This document shows positions 8,151-17,047 of a stretch of DNA of 37,347 bases, in pieces (positions within the stretch are counted from its first letter, which is position 1; every line of letters begins with the position of its first letter). The notes beneath the pieces were generated by a model. That model made no database searches, was not told the DNA's origin, and was given only the letters and a program-made list of their open reading frames with translations. The position numbers and the translations under genes were made by a program. The DNA is from a virus (taxonomy: Duplodnaviria > Caudoviricetes), in the IMG/VR virus record IMGVR_UViG_3300037502_001141, positions 1 to 37,347 of that record, one strand, 5' to 3'.

Positions 8151-9212
8151 ATGGAAATTCGTATGACATCAGAAGTATCTCTAGCAGAAGCCGAAGAATC
8201 TATCATTGCTTTTGGTAACGAGAATGCGGTGCATTTGGTAGGTGAGCCTGGAGTTGGTAAGACCGCGATGTTCGAGCGTATCGTAGAGCGCACCGGCTAC
8301 AAGGGTGTGTACATGGATGTGCCGAATCTAGAGTTGGGCGAGATCGGCATACCGATGCCGAACCATGAGACTAAGACAACGAGCCTGTATCCCAACGACG
8401 CGTGGGGGTTCCACAAGTCTGAGCCTATGGTGATCTTCTTAGACGAGTTTACTAAACCATCTAGCCAAGCGGTGCAGAATACTTTGCATCCTTTGCTCAA
8501 CGAGAGGCGGATCGCTAACTTCAAACTGCATCCCGATACCATCGTGATAACGGCGGGTAACAACTCAAGCGACGGGGTGGGCGATAACCTGAAAGCACAC
8601 TCACTAAACCGCATTACTGTGATGCCGGTGCGCAAGCCGACTGCAGAGGAATGGTTGGAGTGGGGTAGTCAGGGTGGGATTGCTCCCGAGATGTTGGCGT
8701 GGGTCAAGGCTTATCCGCATGCTATGGCATCCTACCTAGATCCATCACAGGCTGACAATCCATACATCTTCAATCCTAAGTTCCCGAAACGGTCATTCTT
8801 CTCGCCACGCTCAGGGCATCGTGCGTCAAACATCATCAAGAAACGCGACAAGATTTCCAAGAACGCATTGATTGTTGGCTTGGTTGGCACGATTGGTGAA
8901 TCTGCAGCAAGGGATCTAACCGCGTATGTTGATGTTGCTGATAGTCTACCAACATGGGAACAAGTGATGAACGATCCTGCCAATGCACAAGTGCCGACTT
9001 CTCCTGCTGCCCTATGCATCATGGCTTACGGCGCAATTCAACGGGTTGACCGAGCCAACATCAGCAAGTGGTTTACTTACTTGAAGCGCACGCCGACTGA
9101 GTTGCAGAGTGTGTTCTGCTTGTCTGCTACTAAACACAACGAGAAGAAGCAAGTGCTTATGACGAGTGGCGCATTTGTCGATTGGATGCGTGAGCATCAG
9201 TACTTGTTCTAA
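8151..9212 (+). CDS. AAA+ ATPase (MoxR/dynein-related type)
   Basis: Walker A GEPGVGKT, Walker B IFLDE, sensor TAGN, arginine finger LNR, SPR; start at ATG 8151 after ATCAAGAGGA. Confidence 0.9.
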   Translation: MEIRMTSEVSLAEAEESIIAFGNENAVHLVGEPGVGKTAMFERIVERTGYKGVYMDVPNLELGEIGIPMPNHETKTTSLYPNDAWGFHKSEPMVIFLDEFTKPSSQAVQNTLHPLLNERRIANFKLHPDTIVITAGNNSSDGVGDNLKAHSLNRITVMPVRKPTAEEWLEWGSQGGIAPEMLAWVKAYPHAMASYLDPSQADNPYIFNPKFPKRSFFSPRSGHRASNIIKKRDKISKNALIVGLVGTIGESAARDLTAYVDVADSLPTWEQVMNDPANAQVPTSPAALCIMAYGAIQRVDRANISKWFTYLKRTPTELQSVFCLSATKHNEKKQVLMTSGAFVDWMREHQYLF

Positions 9213-9214
9213 TT

Positions 9215-9409
9215 ATGGCTATCGAGTATGTGCTATATCGTGGAGATGTGTGGGCTTTGCACAGGCAAGATCACTTTGGTGACGACACTATGTGGCTTGT
9301 GAGCGCAATCAATACCGACGCAATACATAATTGTTGGGTTTATGCTAGAGACTGCACACTTCTCGATCCCGCATTAAATGTTTTATTTGAAAGGAAGAAA
9401 AATGGTTGA
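9215..9409 (+). CDS. Hypothetical protein
   Basis: 64 aa; fills the gap in the operon. Confidence 0.6.
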   Translation: MAIEYVLYRGDVWALHRQDHFGDDTMWLVSAINTDAIHNCWVYARDCTLLDPALNVLFERKKNG

Positions 9410-9578
9410 AATTACTACGCTGTTTGCAACGCTATCGATGTTCTTAGCGTGGCGTCTGTATGTTGTTAGCAAGAGGTTTGACATGGCAGAAACTATGCTA
9501 CGAGGAATCGTATCAGGAAGAGTTGTAATAACCCGCACCGAAGATGGTGTAGAAATGGAGTTGAAAGATAATGGCTAA
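9402..9578 (+). CDS. Small protein with N-terminal hydrophobic helix
   Basis: MVEITTLFATLSMFLAWRLYVV...; AAGGA RBS. Confidence 0.65.
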   Translation: MVEITTLFATLSMFLAWRLYVVSKRFDMAETMLRGIVSGRVVITRTEDGVEMELKDNG

Positions 9579-10836
9579 ACTAACTGCAGAGCAACGCATT
9601 GAGCGCACTCATGTGCAATTGATGCGGGAGAAAAACTTCTGCCTATTCTCAGGCGTGTTTATGATTGGCAAGGTAACCATCTCTGACAAGGTGGCTACTG
9701 CGCGCACAGATGGGCGCAATGTCGAGTATGGTCGTGCATTTGTGGATAGGATAAACGACAAACAGTTGGCTTTCCTAGTAACCCACGAAGCCATGCACAA
9801 AGCATATCGGCACATGATGGTTTGGAAGAACCTTGCCAAAGAGAACGCACGCTTGGCAAACATGGCGATGGACTATGTGATTAACTTACAGATCCAAGAC
9901 TATGACCCACAACGCATTACAGTCGAGATGCCTCAAGACGAGTTGGGTAATCCTCTTGGTCTTATCGACGAGAAGTATCGTGGTATGGATACCATGCAAG
10001 TCTACCAAATGCTTAAGAAAGAATGTGGTGATGGTAAAGGTAGAGGTGATGGTAAAGGTAGAGGTGATGGTAAAGGTAAAGGTGGTGGACAACCTGACAA
10101 TTCGTCAGATGGTCAAGGTGGTGACTCCCAAGAGTTTGACGAGCATGATTGGGAAGGCGCATCTGATATGTCTGAAGAAGAAGAGCAAGAACTTGGTAAA
10201 GAGATTGACCATGCCTTGCGTGAGGGTGCGATCCTCGCCGGTAAGATGAAAGGCAATGTGCCAAGAGGTATCGAAGAACTACTGCATCCCAAGGTAGATT
10301 GGAAAGAAGCCCTGCGTGATTTTGTAAAAGCGCATACCAAAGGCTTGGATGAATCGACATGGCGCAGACCAAATCGTAGGTATCTTGGTGTAGACATCAT
10401 CATGCCATCAACGATTGGGTTCAAAGCCGAGCGCATATCTATCGGGACTGACACATCGGGTTCGATTGGTGGAGAGATCCTTGGTAGGTTTCTAGGCGAA
10501 GCAAAACTTATCTGCGACGATGTTGAGCCTGAGATCATCGACATGATGTATTGGGACACTCATGTGGCACGACACGAGATCTATGCGGGTTCGGAAGTCA
10601 GCAACTTTGTCAACTCAACTAAACCTGCGGGGGGTGGTGGAACAGACCCAGACTGTGTTCCCCGTTTCCTATTAAAGAAGGGAATCAAACCACAATGCAT
10701 CGTGATGTTGACTGACGGGGTGTTCTTTGGTCACGAGACTACGAAGTGGGAAGAACTTGGTGTGCCTGTGTTGTGGTGTGTAGTAGGCAACAATGAGTTT
10801 AAGCCCAAGGTCGGGCAAGCCGTTTGTGTTGAATAA
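9571..10836 (+). CDS. HExxH metallopeptidase-like plus vWA domain protein (DUF2201-like)
   Basis: ARTDG, THEAMH, NMAMDYVIN; Gly/acidic linker; MIDAS DTSGS, GGGGT, MLTDG. Confidence 0.9.
   Translation: MAKLTAEQRIERTHVQLMREKNFCLFSGVFMIGKVTISDKVATARTDGRNVEYGRAFVDRINDKQLAFLVTHEAMHKAYRHMMVWKNLAKENARLANMAMDYVINLQIQDYDPQRITVEMPQDELGNPLGLIDEKYRGMDTMQVYQMLKKECGDGKGRGDGKGRGDGKGKGGGQPDNSSDGQGGDSQEFDEHDWEGASDMSEEEEQELGKEIDHALREGAILAGKMKGNVPRGIEELLHPKVDWKEALRDFVKAHTKGLDESTWRRPNRRYLGVDIIMPSTIGFKAERISIGTDTSGSIGGEILGRFLGEAKLICDDVEPEIIDMMYWDTHVARHEIYAGSEVSNFVNSTKPAGGGGTDPDCVPRFLLKKGIKPQCIVMLTDGVFFGHETTKWEELGVPVLWCVVGNNEFKPKVGQAVCVE
10027..10080 (+). repeat. 3 x 18-bp in-frame tandem repeat (GDGKGR)
   Basis: GGTGATGGTAAAGGTAGA x2 plus GGTGATGGTAAAGGTAAA. 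Confidence 0.95.
10088..10114. promoter_or_regulatory. 27-bp palindromic motif, site F (intragenic)
   Basis: GAC-AAC-CTGAC-AATTC-GTCAG-ATG-GTC. Confidence 0.75.
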
Positions 10837-10846
10837 GGAGAGTGAT

Positions 10847-11023
10847 ATGAAACTAGGAAGCTTGAAGTACAACACTAAGACAGAAGAGGGAGAAGTAAAA
10901 ATAGATTGGACTCAAATGCCCGAAGATGTTGTTGGGCTAGATCTATTGTCTGATTGGATTGCAGACTTAACGAAGATATACAACCGAGAATTAAATAATG
11001 TTTTTTCCAAGAAAGGAAAGTGA
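10847..11023 (+). CDS. Hypothetical protein (58 aa)
   Basis: TAAGGAG RBS before ATG 10847. Confidence 0.7.
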   Translation: MKLGSLKYNTKTEEGEVKIDWTQMPEDVVGLDLLSDWIADLTKIYNRELNNVFSKKGK

Positions 11024-11024
11024 A

Positions 11025-11891
11025 ATGACCTACGCACCTTTTAACCTAAGCACAAGCGCCATGCTTGTAGAACTAAACATCAGCAATTGGACTGCTAGGA
11101 AACTAGACAAAAAGGTTTCCGAGGAAGTCGATGCAAGCAAGGCAACCAAGACCCGCGCAGGGAACTACCACAAGAACTTACTTGCCGGTAGCCAAGCCCT
11201 TGATGCGGTGATTAAGTACACCAACAACGCACGCCTGTGGCATCACAAGCAGACGCTACCTTGGAGCGATTCGGGTTCGCGCATCATCACGATGGAGAAC
11301 TTCTTGGACTACAAGGCGCAACTAAGCGAGTGCGAAAATAATTACAACCGCTTAGTTAACAACTTCCTAGTAGCCTACCCAACGCTAATTAGTGCAGCAG
11401 CGTTCCAACTTGGTGATCTATTTGATAGGAACGAGTACCCCGAACCCGAATTGATTGCCAAAAAGTTTCGGTTTAGTTATCTGTTCTCTCCGCTACCCAA
11501 CGCGGGAGATTTCAGGGTAGACATTGGCGAGCAGGCTGCGAAGGAATTGGTAGACCAATATGAAAGCACTTTCAACAACCGAGTACAGGATGCGATGAAG
11601 GATATATGGGACAGGGTTCATAACTGTCTGACACATATGTCAGATCGTCTCGCTGACACAGAGGATGGGGAGCGCAAAGGCTTCCATAAAACCCTGCTGT
11701 CCAATGCATCGGAACTGATTGATCTGATGCAGAAACTCAACATCACTAAAGATCCTAAGTTAGAGGCTGCTCGTAAGGATCTTTCTCAGGCAATCCTTGG
11801 GGTAGAGATCGATGAGTTGAAGGAAAGCACCCATGTGCGTAAGCATGTGAAGAGTCAGGTCGATGAGATCTTAGGTAAATTTGATTGGTAA
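11025..11891 (+). CDS. Phage helical protein (possibly DUF3150-like)
   Basis: AAGGA RBS; MLVELNISNWTARKLDK...AGNYHKNLL resembles proteins accompanying phage AAA/vWA pairs; family name tentative. Confidence 0.7.
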   Translation: MTYAPFNLSTSAMLVELNISNWTARKLDKKVSEEVDASKATKTRAGNYHKNLLAGSQALDAVIKYTNNARLWHHKQTLPWSDSGSRIITMENFLDYKAQLSECENNYNRLVNNFLVAYPTLISAAAFQLGDLFDRNEYPEPELIAKKFRFSYLFSPLPNAGDFRVDIGEQAAKELVDQYESTFNNRVQDAMKDIWDRVHNCLTHMSDRLADTEDGERKGFHKTLLSNASELIDLMQKLNITKDPKLEAARKDLSQAILGVEIDELKESTHVRKHVKSQVDEILGKFDW

Positions 11892-11914
11892 CCACAAAGG
11901 AATAGGTAACTACT

Positions 11915-12775
11915 ATGATGCATAAAGGTGAGAAATTTAAAAACAACGAGGTTTGTCCTGAGTTGGAAATGCTAGTGCAGCAGTTGTTTTCTGTGATGCC
12001 GAATCTAGAGTTTTACGCTACTAACGCTATTAACAAAGGATCAATTGGGGACGCCCGAAAGATCAATGCGTTTGATGTATTTAGCGGGGATCAGAAACTC
12101 GGGGTAGTAAGTTGGTCTGAGAGTTACTCTAGGAGCAAGGGGTATTATTTCTCATACAGGATTTACTCTAGGAAGATTAGGAAAGAGCGGGGGGATGCCC
12201 ATCTGAAAATGACGGGCAGCCTAAAGTCTGCGCTAAAGATTGCGGGGGAGGTATTTGTCAAAGATGCCCCGAATGTCTTGGTAGAAAAGTTTTATGAGGC
12301 GATGAGATCAGAGATGAGCGGTCTGATATACCATGCATCAAACGACATAGAGCATCGGTGCAGACCTTTTTTCCAAACAGCGTTTGCCTATACAGTTAGC
12401 GTAATACAGGGAAGCCCCGTGCCCATAGATGCAAAACTTTTGCAAGAGGTAACAAGCCCAAGGTTTGAAGAAGCGCAAAACACTTGCCGAATAGCAAAAT
12501 TGGTAGGTAATGCCTTGTCGTCTCGGGAAGGTGTAATTGTCTATGTTGATAGGGAAGAGAAACTAACCGTAGTGGATTTGCAAACACATACGATTAGTAA
12601 GTTGGAGTCTACCTACGACTTGCCCAAGAACTACCAAGAAAAGTTTACTATCTTGAAAGTCATGGAAGACAATCAGCCAATCGAAGGGACAGGCATCAAG
12701 TTGAAAGTATCTGTTGATGATATGAAGTTACATCTTTTCTATCTTATCTCGGGGGATGTCATCATCACTCACTAG
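11915..12775 (+). CDS. Hypothetical protein (286 aa)
   Basis: Long ORF, last gene before the terminator. Confidence 0.85.
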   Translation: MMHKGEKFKNNEVCPELEMLVQQLFSVMPNLEFYATNAINKGSIGDARKINAFDVFSGDQKLGVVSWSESYSRSKGYYFSYRIYSRKIRKERGDAHLKMTGSLKSALKIAGEVFVKDAPNVLVEKFYEAMRSEMSGLIYHASNDIEHRCRPFFQTAFAYTVSVIQGSPVPIDAKLLQEVTSPRFEEAQNTCRIAKLVGNALSSREGVIVYVDREEKLTVVDLQTHTISKLESTYDLPKNYQEKFTILKVMEDNQPIEGTGIKLKVSVDDMKLHLFYLISGDVIITH

Positions 12776-12802
12776 CAATCTAGTAGTTTAGTCTTATCTA
12801 GC

Positions 12803-12838
12803 AGGACAATCTGACCAAGCGTCAGGTTGTCCTTTTTT
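12803..12838 (+). terminator. Early operon terminator, coincident with palindromic site G (12805-12831)
   Basis: AGGACAATCTGAC-CAAGC-GTCAGGTTGTCCT followed by a T run. Confidence 0.85.
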
Positions 12839-12861
12839 ATTGGTGTTTTTACCTAGCCCCC

Positions 12862-12890
12862 TTGCTTTTGTTTATTCCTTGGTGTAATCT
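12862..12890 (+). promoter_or_regulatory. Possible sigma70 promoter of the replication operon
   Basis: TTGCTT-17 nt-TAATCT (alternatively TG-G-TGTAAT). Confidence 0.45.
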
Positions 12891-12944
12891 TGCGTTAAGT
12901 ATCTCCGAAGTGAGATAAGGATCTAATACCAAGAGGATATAGTT

Positions 12945-13268
12945 ATGGGGTTTACACCCGAAGGCAAGGTCAAGGCGCGAATCCGTCGCATCTTGGAAAT
13001 CAATAAGGTCTATCACTTCATGCCCGCAACGGGCGGTTATGGTCGAAGTGGCGTTCCCGACATCATTGGCTGCTACCGAGGTTACTTCTTTGCTATCGAG
13101 TGCAAGGCGGGGAACAAGCGCCCTACCGCGTTACAGGAAAAAGAACTCCAACGGATTCGTGACTCCGGCGGTCAGGTCTTTGTCATTAACGAAGAGAATA
13201 TAAAAGACATCGAGATTTGGCTAAACATGATGACCGTTCCTGAGAAAAGGATGGGCAGCGATGCGTGA
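12945..13268 (+). CDS. VRR-NUC domain nuclease
   Basis: TPEGKVK, GVPDII, AIECKAG, TALQ; PD-(D/E)xK fold. Confidence 0.9.
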   Translation: MGFTPEGKVKARIRRILEINKVYHFMPATGGYGRSGVPDIIGCYRGYFFAIECKAGNKRPTALQEKELQRIRDSGGQVFVINEENIKDIEIWLNMMTVPEKRMGSDA

Positions 13269-13563
13269 TAGGTTTGTTAGCCCACAGGTGCGCATATTGC
13301 TTGAGCGCATGGACATGCGCCCCGAAGAGTTTGTACATCCTTTTGAGTCACGTCATGTAGAAACTAAGTGGAACAGTATATTGTTGGAGGGTCGTTTTAA
13401 TTGGATTGAGAAGTTTTTGATTAAGCGCAAATACGTTAAGTTAAAACGTCAGGCTACAAGAGACGCCATTATGGCTACTATTATGTACGATGAACCAAAA
13501 GAGCCACCCAATTATTTTTTTGATGCTGTATCCCTCGCAATTGCGAAAGTTAAAAAACCATGA
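13261..13563 (+). CDS. Hypothetical protein
   Basis: 100 aa; overlaps both neighbours. Confidence 0.75.
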   Translation: MRDRFVSPQVRILLERMDMRPEEFVHPFESRHVETKWNSILLEGRFNWIEKFLIKRKYVKLKRQATRDAIMATIMYDEPKEPPNYFFDAVSLAIAKVKKP

Positions 13564-15389
13564 TCATTACAGTAGACTTTGAGACGTACTATGATAAAGA
13601 GTTTTCGCTCTCAAAGATGACTACAGAAGAGTATGTGCGTGACGACAACTTTGAAGTGATAGGAGTTGGCGTAAAGGTTGACGATGCCGAACCCGAATGG
13701 TTTAGTGGTACGTACTCTGAGACCATGCATTTCTTGGGTAAGTTTAAGTGGGCTGAGGCGTTTGTCTTGGCGCATAACACCATGTTCGATGGCGCGATCC
13801 TTACTTGGAAGTTTGGTATCAAACCTATGGCGTGGCTAGACACCTTGTGCATGGCTAGGGCGATTGATAACGAAGTATCAAATAGCCTTGCAAAACTTGC
13901 GGATCGTCTCGGGGTAGGCCAAAAAGGCAACGAGGTCATCATGGCTATGGGCAAACGGCGGGTCAACTTTACCCCCGAAGAACTAGCACAGTACGGCAAA
14001 TATTGCTGCAATGACGTAGACCTTTGCTACAACATCTACAACATCTTGAAGCAGAACTACAAACTTAAGGAGCTTAAGTTAATTGATTTAACTTTAAAGA
14101 TGTTCACCGACCCCGTATTACAGTTGAACCTACCCCTGCTTGAACAGCACTTGGGAGAAGTTAAACACCGCAAAGAAGCACTGATCGAGAAGGCGATGTC
14201 TGACCGCGAGACATTGATGAGCAATCAAAAGTTTGCTGAGAAACTAGCAGCCTTGGGTGTGCGCCCCCCGACTAAGATTAGCCTTACTACAGGCAAAGTG
14301 GCGTTGGCATTAGCCAAAAGTGACGACGGTTTTAAAGCCCTAGCAGAGCACCCAAACGAAGAAGTGCAGGCGCTAGTGGCTGCTCGACTTGGGGCAAAAA
14401 GTACTTTGGAAGAGACAAGGACAGAGCGATTCATTTCGATAGCGAAGCGCGGGAGCCTCCCTGTCCCCCTACGGTATTACGCTGCACACACAGGCAGATG
14501 GGGTGGGGACGACAAACTTAATCTTCAGAACTTACCAAGGAAATCAAAACTTAAAGACGCCATGATCCCGCCCGAAGGCTATGTACTAATCGACGCCGAC
14601 TCTTCTCAAATTGAGGCGCGGACTGTTGCTTGGTTAGCAGGGCAAACTGATTTAGTAGATGCATTTGAAAACGGCGAAGATGTTTACAGAATCATGGCAT
14701 CTAGGATTTACCACAGGCCAATTGACAAAATCACCACTGCAGAGCGATTTGTAGGTAAGACAACCATTTTGGGTGCAGGCTATGGCATGGGGTGGAAAAA
14801 GTTTCAACTACAGTTAAAGACTTTTGGCGTTGAGATGACTGACTCATTCTGTAAGCAAATTGTTGATACCTATCGTGGGGTATACCCAAGAATACCAAAC
14901 TTATGGGTGCAGGCCGAAAGATGCCTAGATGCTTTGGCTAGTGAGGATCTTAAGACTTGTGATTTTGGTACGCAACCACAGGCAGTAAGTTTGCTCCCCG
15001 GAGTTGGGTTTGATCTACCAAGCGGACTGCCTTTGAAGTACATGAATCTGCGTGCAATCGAAGAGCAGAACCCCAAAAGTGGGGTATGGGAAAAGCACTA
15101 CATATACAACACCCGCAAGGGCATAACCAAGATTTATGGCGGTAAAGTGGTGGAGAACATCTGCCAAGCCGTAGCCCGTTGCGTAATCGGTGAACAGATG
15201 CTACGGATATCTAAGAAATACCGAGTTGTTCTTACGGTGCATGACGCAATTGCGTGCGTTGTTAAAAAAGAAGAAGTAGATGAAGCGACAAAATACATTA
15301 CCGAATGTATGAAGTGGCGACCAAAATGGGCAGAGACCTTGCCTTTATCGTGTGAAATTGGACATGGAGATAGTTATGGTGAATGTTAG
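13560..15389 (+). CDS. polA: DNA polymerase, family A, with 3'-5' exonuclease
   Basis: Exonuclease motifs VDFET, HNTMFD, YCCND; TGRW, NLQNLP; motif A DSSQIEAR; motif B RFVGKTTILGAGYG; motif C VHDA. Confidence 0.95.
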   Translation: MIITVDFETYYDKEFSLSKMTTEEYVRDDNFEVIGVGVKVDDAEPEWFSGTYSETMHFLGKFKWAEAFVLAHNTMFDGAILTWKFGIKPMAWLDTLCMARAIDNEVSNSLAKLADRLGVGQKGNEVIMAMGKRRVNFTPEELAQYGKYCCNDVDLCYNIYNILKQNYKLKELKLIDLTLKMFTDPVLQLNLPLLEQHLGEVKHRKEALIEKAMSDRETLMSNQKFAEKLAALGVRPPTKISLTTGKVALALAKSDDGFKALAEHPNEEVQALVAARLGAKSTLEETRTERFISIAKRGSLPVPLRYYAAHTGRWGGDDKLNLQNLPRKSKLKDAMIPPEGYVLIDADSSQIEARTVAWLAGQTDLVDAFENGEDVYRIMASRIYHRPIDKITTAERFVGKTTILGAGYGMGWKKFQLQLKTFGVEMTDSFCKQIVDTYRGVYPRIPNLWVQAERCLDALASEDLKTCDFGTQPQAVSLLPGVGFDLPSGLPLKYMNLRAIEEQNPKSGVWEKHYIYNTRKGITKIYGGKVVENICQAVARCVIGEQMLRISKKYRVVLTVHDAIACVVKKEEVDEATKYITECMKWRPKWAETLPLSCEIGHGDSYGEC

Positions 15390-15435
15390 GGGTGTGCAAG
15401 CATATAACAATGTAGCGTCATTACAGGGTGCAACT

Positions 15436-15615
15436 ATGAAAATAGACACAGCATTAAATTACACGGCACATGAACTGAAAGTAAAAGAGTTATTAAAAGA
15501 AATCCACATACAATTACTTGAAAATGACCATGTAGCAGCAGCGTCTACAATCGAGCAAGCAATTGTTGAACTGCGGTTAATGAGGGCGGCTGTTAAAAGC
15601 CATATCAAAGAATGA
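15436..15615 (+). CDS. Hypothetical protein (59 aa)
   Basis: Start at ATG 15436 after GGGTG; ATGA overlap with the next gene. Confidence 0.6.
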   Translation: MKIDTALNYTAHELKVKELLKEIHIQLLENDHVAAASTIEQAIVELRLMRAAVKSHIKE

Positions 15616-16283
15616 AATACACTTGGTCATACAGCAGCATTTCGCTGTTTCAGCAGTGCCCTCGCAAGTATTATCGGATGCGGATTGTCAAAGATATTGT
15701 TGAACCGCCGACCCCACACCTTGACTATGGCTCAGAGGTTCACAAAGCAGCCGAAGATTATGTGTGTGGAGACAAGTCACTAGACCCTAAATACGCTTTC
15801 ATAAAGCCGACGCTAGATGCGCTCAAGGCGCTTCCCGGTCTTAAGTTGTGTGAGTACGAGATGGGGTTGACCAAAGACTTTGAGCCGGTTGGGTTTAGAG
15901 ATGAGAATGTGTGGTTTAGAGGTATCGCTGATTTACTGATTATTGATGGTGATCATGCTCACCTTGTGGACTACAAGACAGGCAAGTCTTCTCAGTATGC
16001 TGATACTAAACAGTTAGAACTTCTGGCGCTATTAGTTTTCAAGCACTTCCCCCACGTGCAATCGATAAAAGCAGGGTTGGTATTTGTTGTAGCCCAAGAT
16101 TTAGTCAAAGCTTCATTTGCAAACGACATACAAGAAACTGCGTGGGGGCGTTGGTTACCTGAGATTCAAAGGCTTGAGGCTGCTATGTCAAACGACGTAT
16201 GGAACGCAAGACCGAACTTCACATGTAGAAAGTTTTGTCACGTAAAAGACTGTGAGCATAATGGAAAGGGACAATGGAGATGA
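15612..16283 (+). CDS. Cas4/RecB-like PD-(D/E)xK exonuclease
   Basis: SYSSI...CPRKY, GSEVH, GIAD, VDYKTG, QLELL; C-terminal CRKFCHVKDC (probable Fe-S ligands). Confidence 0.9.
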   Translation: MKYTWSYSSISLFQQCPRKYYRMRIVKDIVEPPTPHLDYGSEVHKAAEDYVCGDKSLDPKYAFIKPTLDALKALPGLKLCEYEMGLTKDFEPVGFRDENVWFRGIADLLIIDGDHAHLVDYKTGKSSQYADTKQLELLALLVFKHFPHVQSIKAGLVFVVAQDLVKASFANDIQETAWGRWLPEIQRLEAAMSNDVWNARPNFTCRKFCHVKDCEHNGKGQWR

Positions 16284-16447
16284 CAGCTAAGAAAACCCCC
16301 AAAGTTGAAGAGGTTACTTTCCCTCTAAATGATGTACCGTATGAAATGCGTAAATTAGCGTGGCCCTTTAAGACTTCAAAGGAGCATGAATTAATTCTTA
16401 AGTGGGCTAGAAAACAAACCAAGATAAGGAGAATTGTGTTTCCATGA
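16280..16447 (+). CDS. Hypothetical protein (55 aa, WPFKT motif)
   Basis: MTAKKTPKVEEVTFPLNDVPYEMRKLAWPFKTSKEHELILKWARKQTKIRRIVFP; ATGA overlaps at both ends. Confidence 0.7.
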   Translation: MTAKKTPKVEEVTFPLNDVPYEMRKLAWPFKTSKEHELILKWARKQTKIRRIVFP

Positions 16448-16653
16448 GCGCAAATGATGAACAGGTTGGTGGCACACATTACAAAGACAAGTCTATTCAG
16501 CCTTGGGACTACATAGCTGCCAACAACATCGGGTATTTTGAGGGCAACATTATTAAGTACGTTTCTCGGTGGCAAAGCAAAGGTGGCGTCGATGACTTGA
16601 ATAAAGCCGCGCACTACCTAGAAAAGCTGATTGAGTTGCAAAAGGAGCAGTAG
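16444..16653 (+). CDS. DUF3310 (SaV-like / T7 gp1.7-like) protein
   Basis: QVGGTHY...IQPWDYI...GNIIKYVSRW..KGG..DLNKA.HYL. Confidence 0.9.
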   Translation: MSANDEQVGGTHYKDKSIQPWDYIAANNIGYFEGNIIKYVSRWQSKGGVDDLNKAAHYLEKLIELQKEQ

Positions 16654-16654
16654 C

Positions 16655-17047
16655 ATGTCATACGAACTAGACTACAGGGCACAGGGTACAGCCAATCGTA
16701 GACTGCTATCTGCAGTTGTGGCTTTAGCGATCCAAGATGCGCAATCAAAACCCCGCAGAATGGGAAGACTGCGTATACCCACAGATGAGGCAATTTCTGC
16801 AATCTACTTTTTGTTTCAGCATTCTGATACTTATTTGAGCATTTTAGACATAGATCCTCAGCAGTTTCGTGAAAGATTATTGAAGTTGATGTTTGACATG
16901 AATAGAAAGATTGCTCAGTTTGATCCAATTAAGCGCCGAAACTTTAGGTACAACTACGAATGGATGCGGCGTAAAGAAAACATATTAGACCTAACCAAGG
17001 CTTATGAAGCAGAACTTGAGAAGTTAGATGAGGATGAGGCTGTATGA
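16655..17047 (+). CDS. Hypothetical protein
   Basis: Start at ATG 16655 after AAGGAG. Confidence 0.8.
   Translation: MSYELDYRAQGTANRRLLSAVVALAIQDAQSKPRRMGRLRIPTDEAISAIYFLFQHSDTYLSILDIDPQQFRERLLKLMFDMNRKIAQFDPIKRRNFRYNYEWMRRKENILDLTKAYEAELEKLDEDEAV

Noticed and set aside
9951-9960. TCCTCTTGGT inside the vWA gene
   Set aside because: Same sense as the sRNA seed within a plus-strand CDS (NPLG), so not a target; treated as background.
11628-11643. CTGAC-ACATAT-GTCAG
   Set aside because: Spacer is 6 rather than 5 and the left outer GAC is missing; at most a weak site.
3997-12831. CRISPR-array interpretation of the palindromes or the 25-bp repeats
   Set aside because: Spacing is irregular and kilobase-scale, copies are degenerate, and the Cas4-like gene sits in the replication module with no cas operon.
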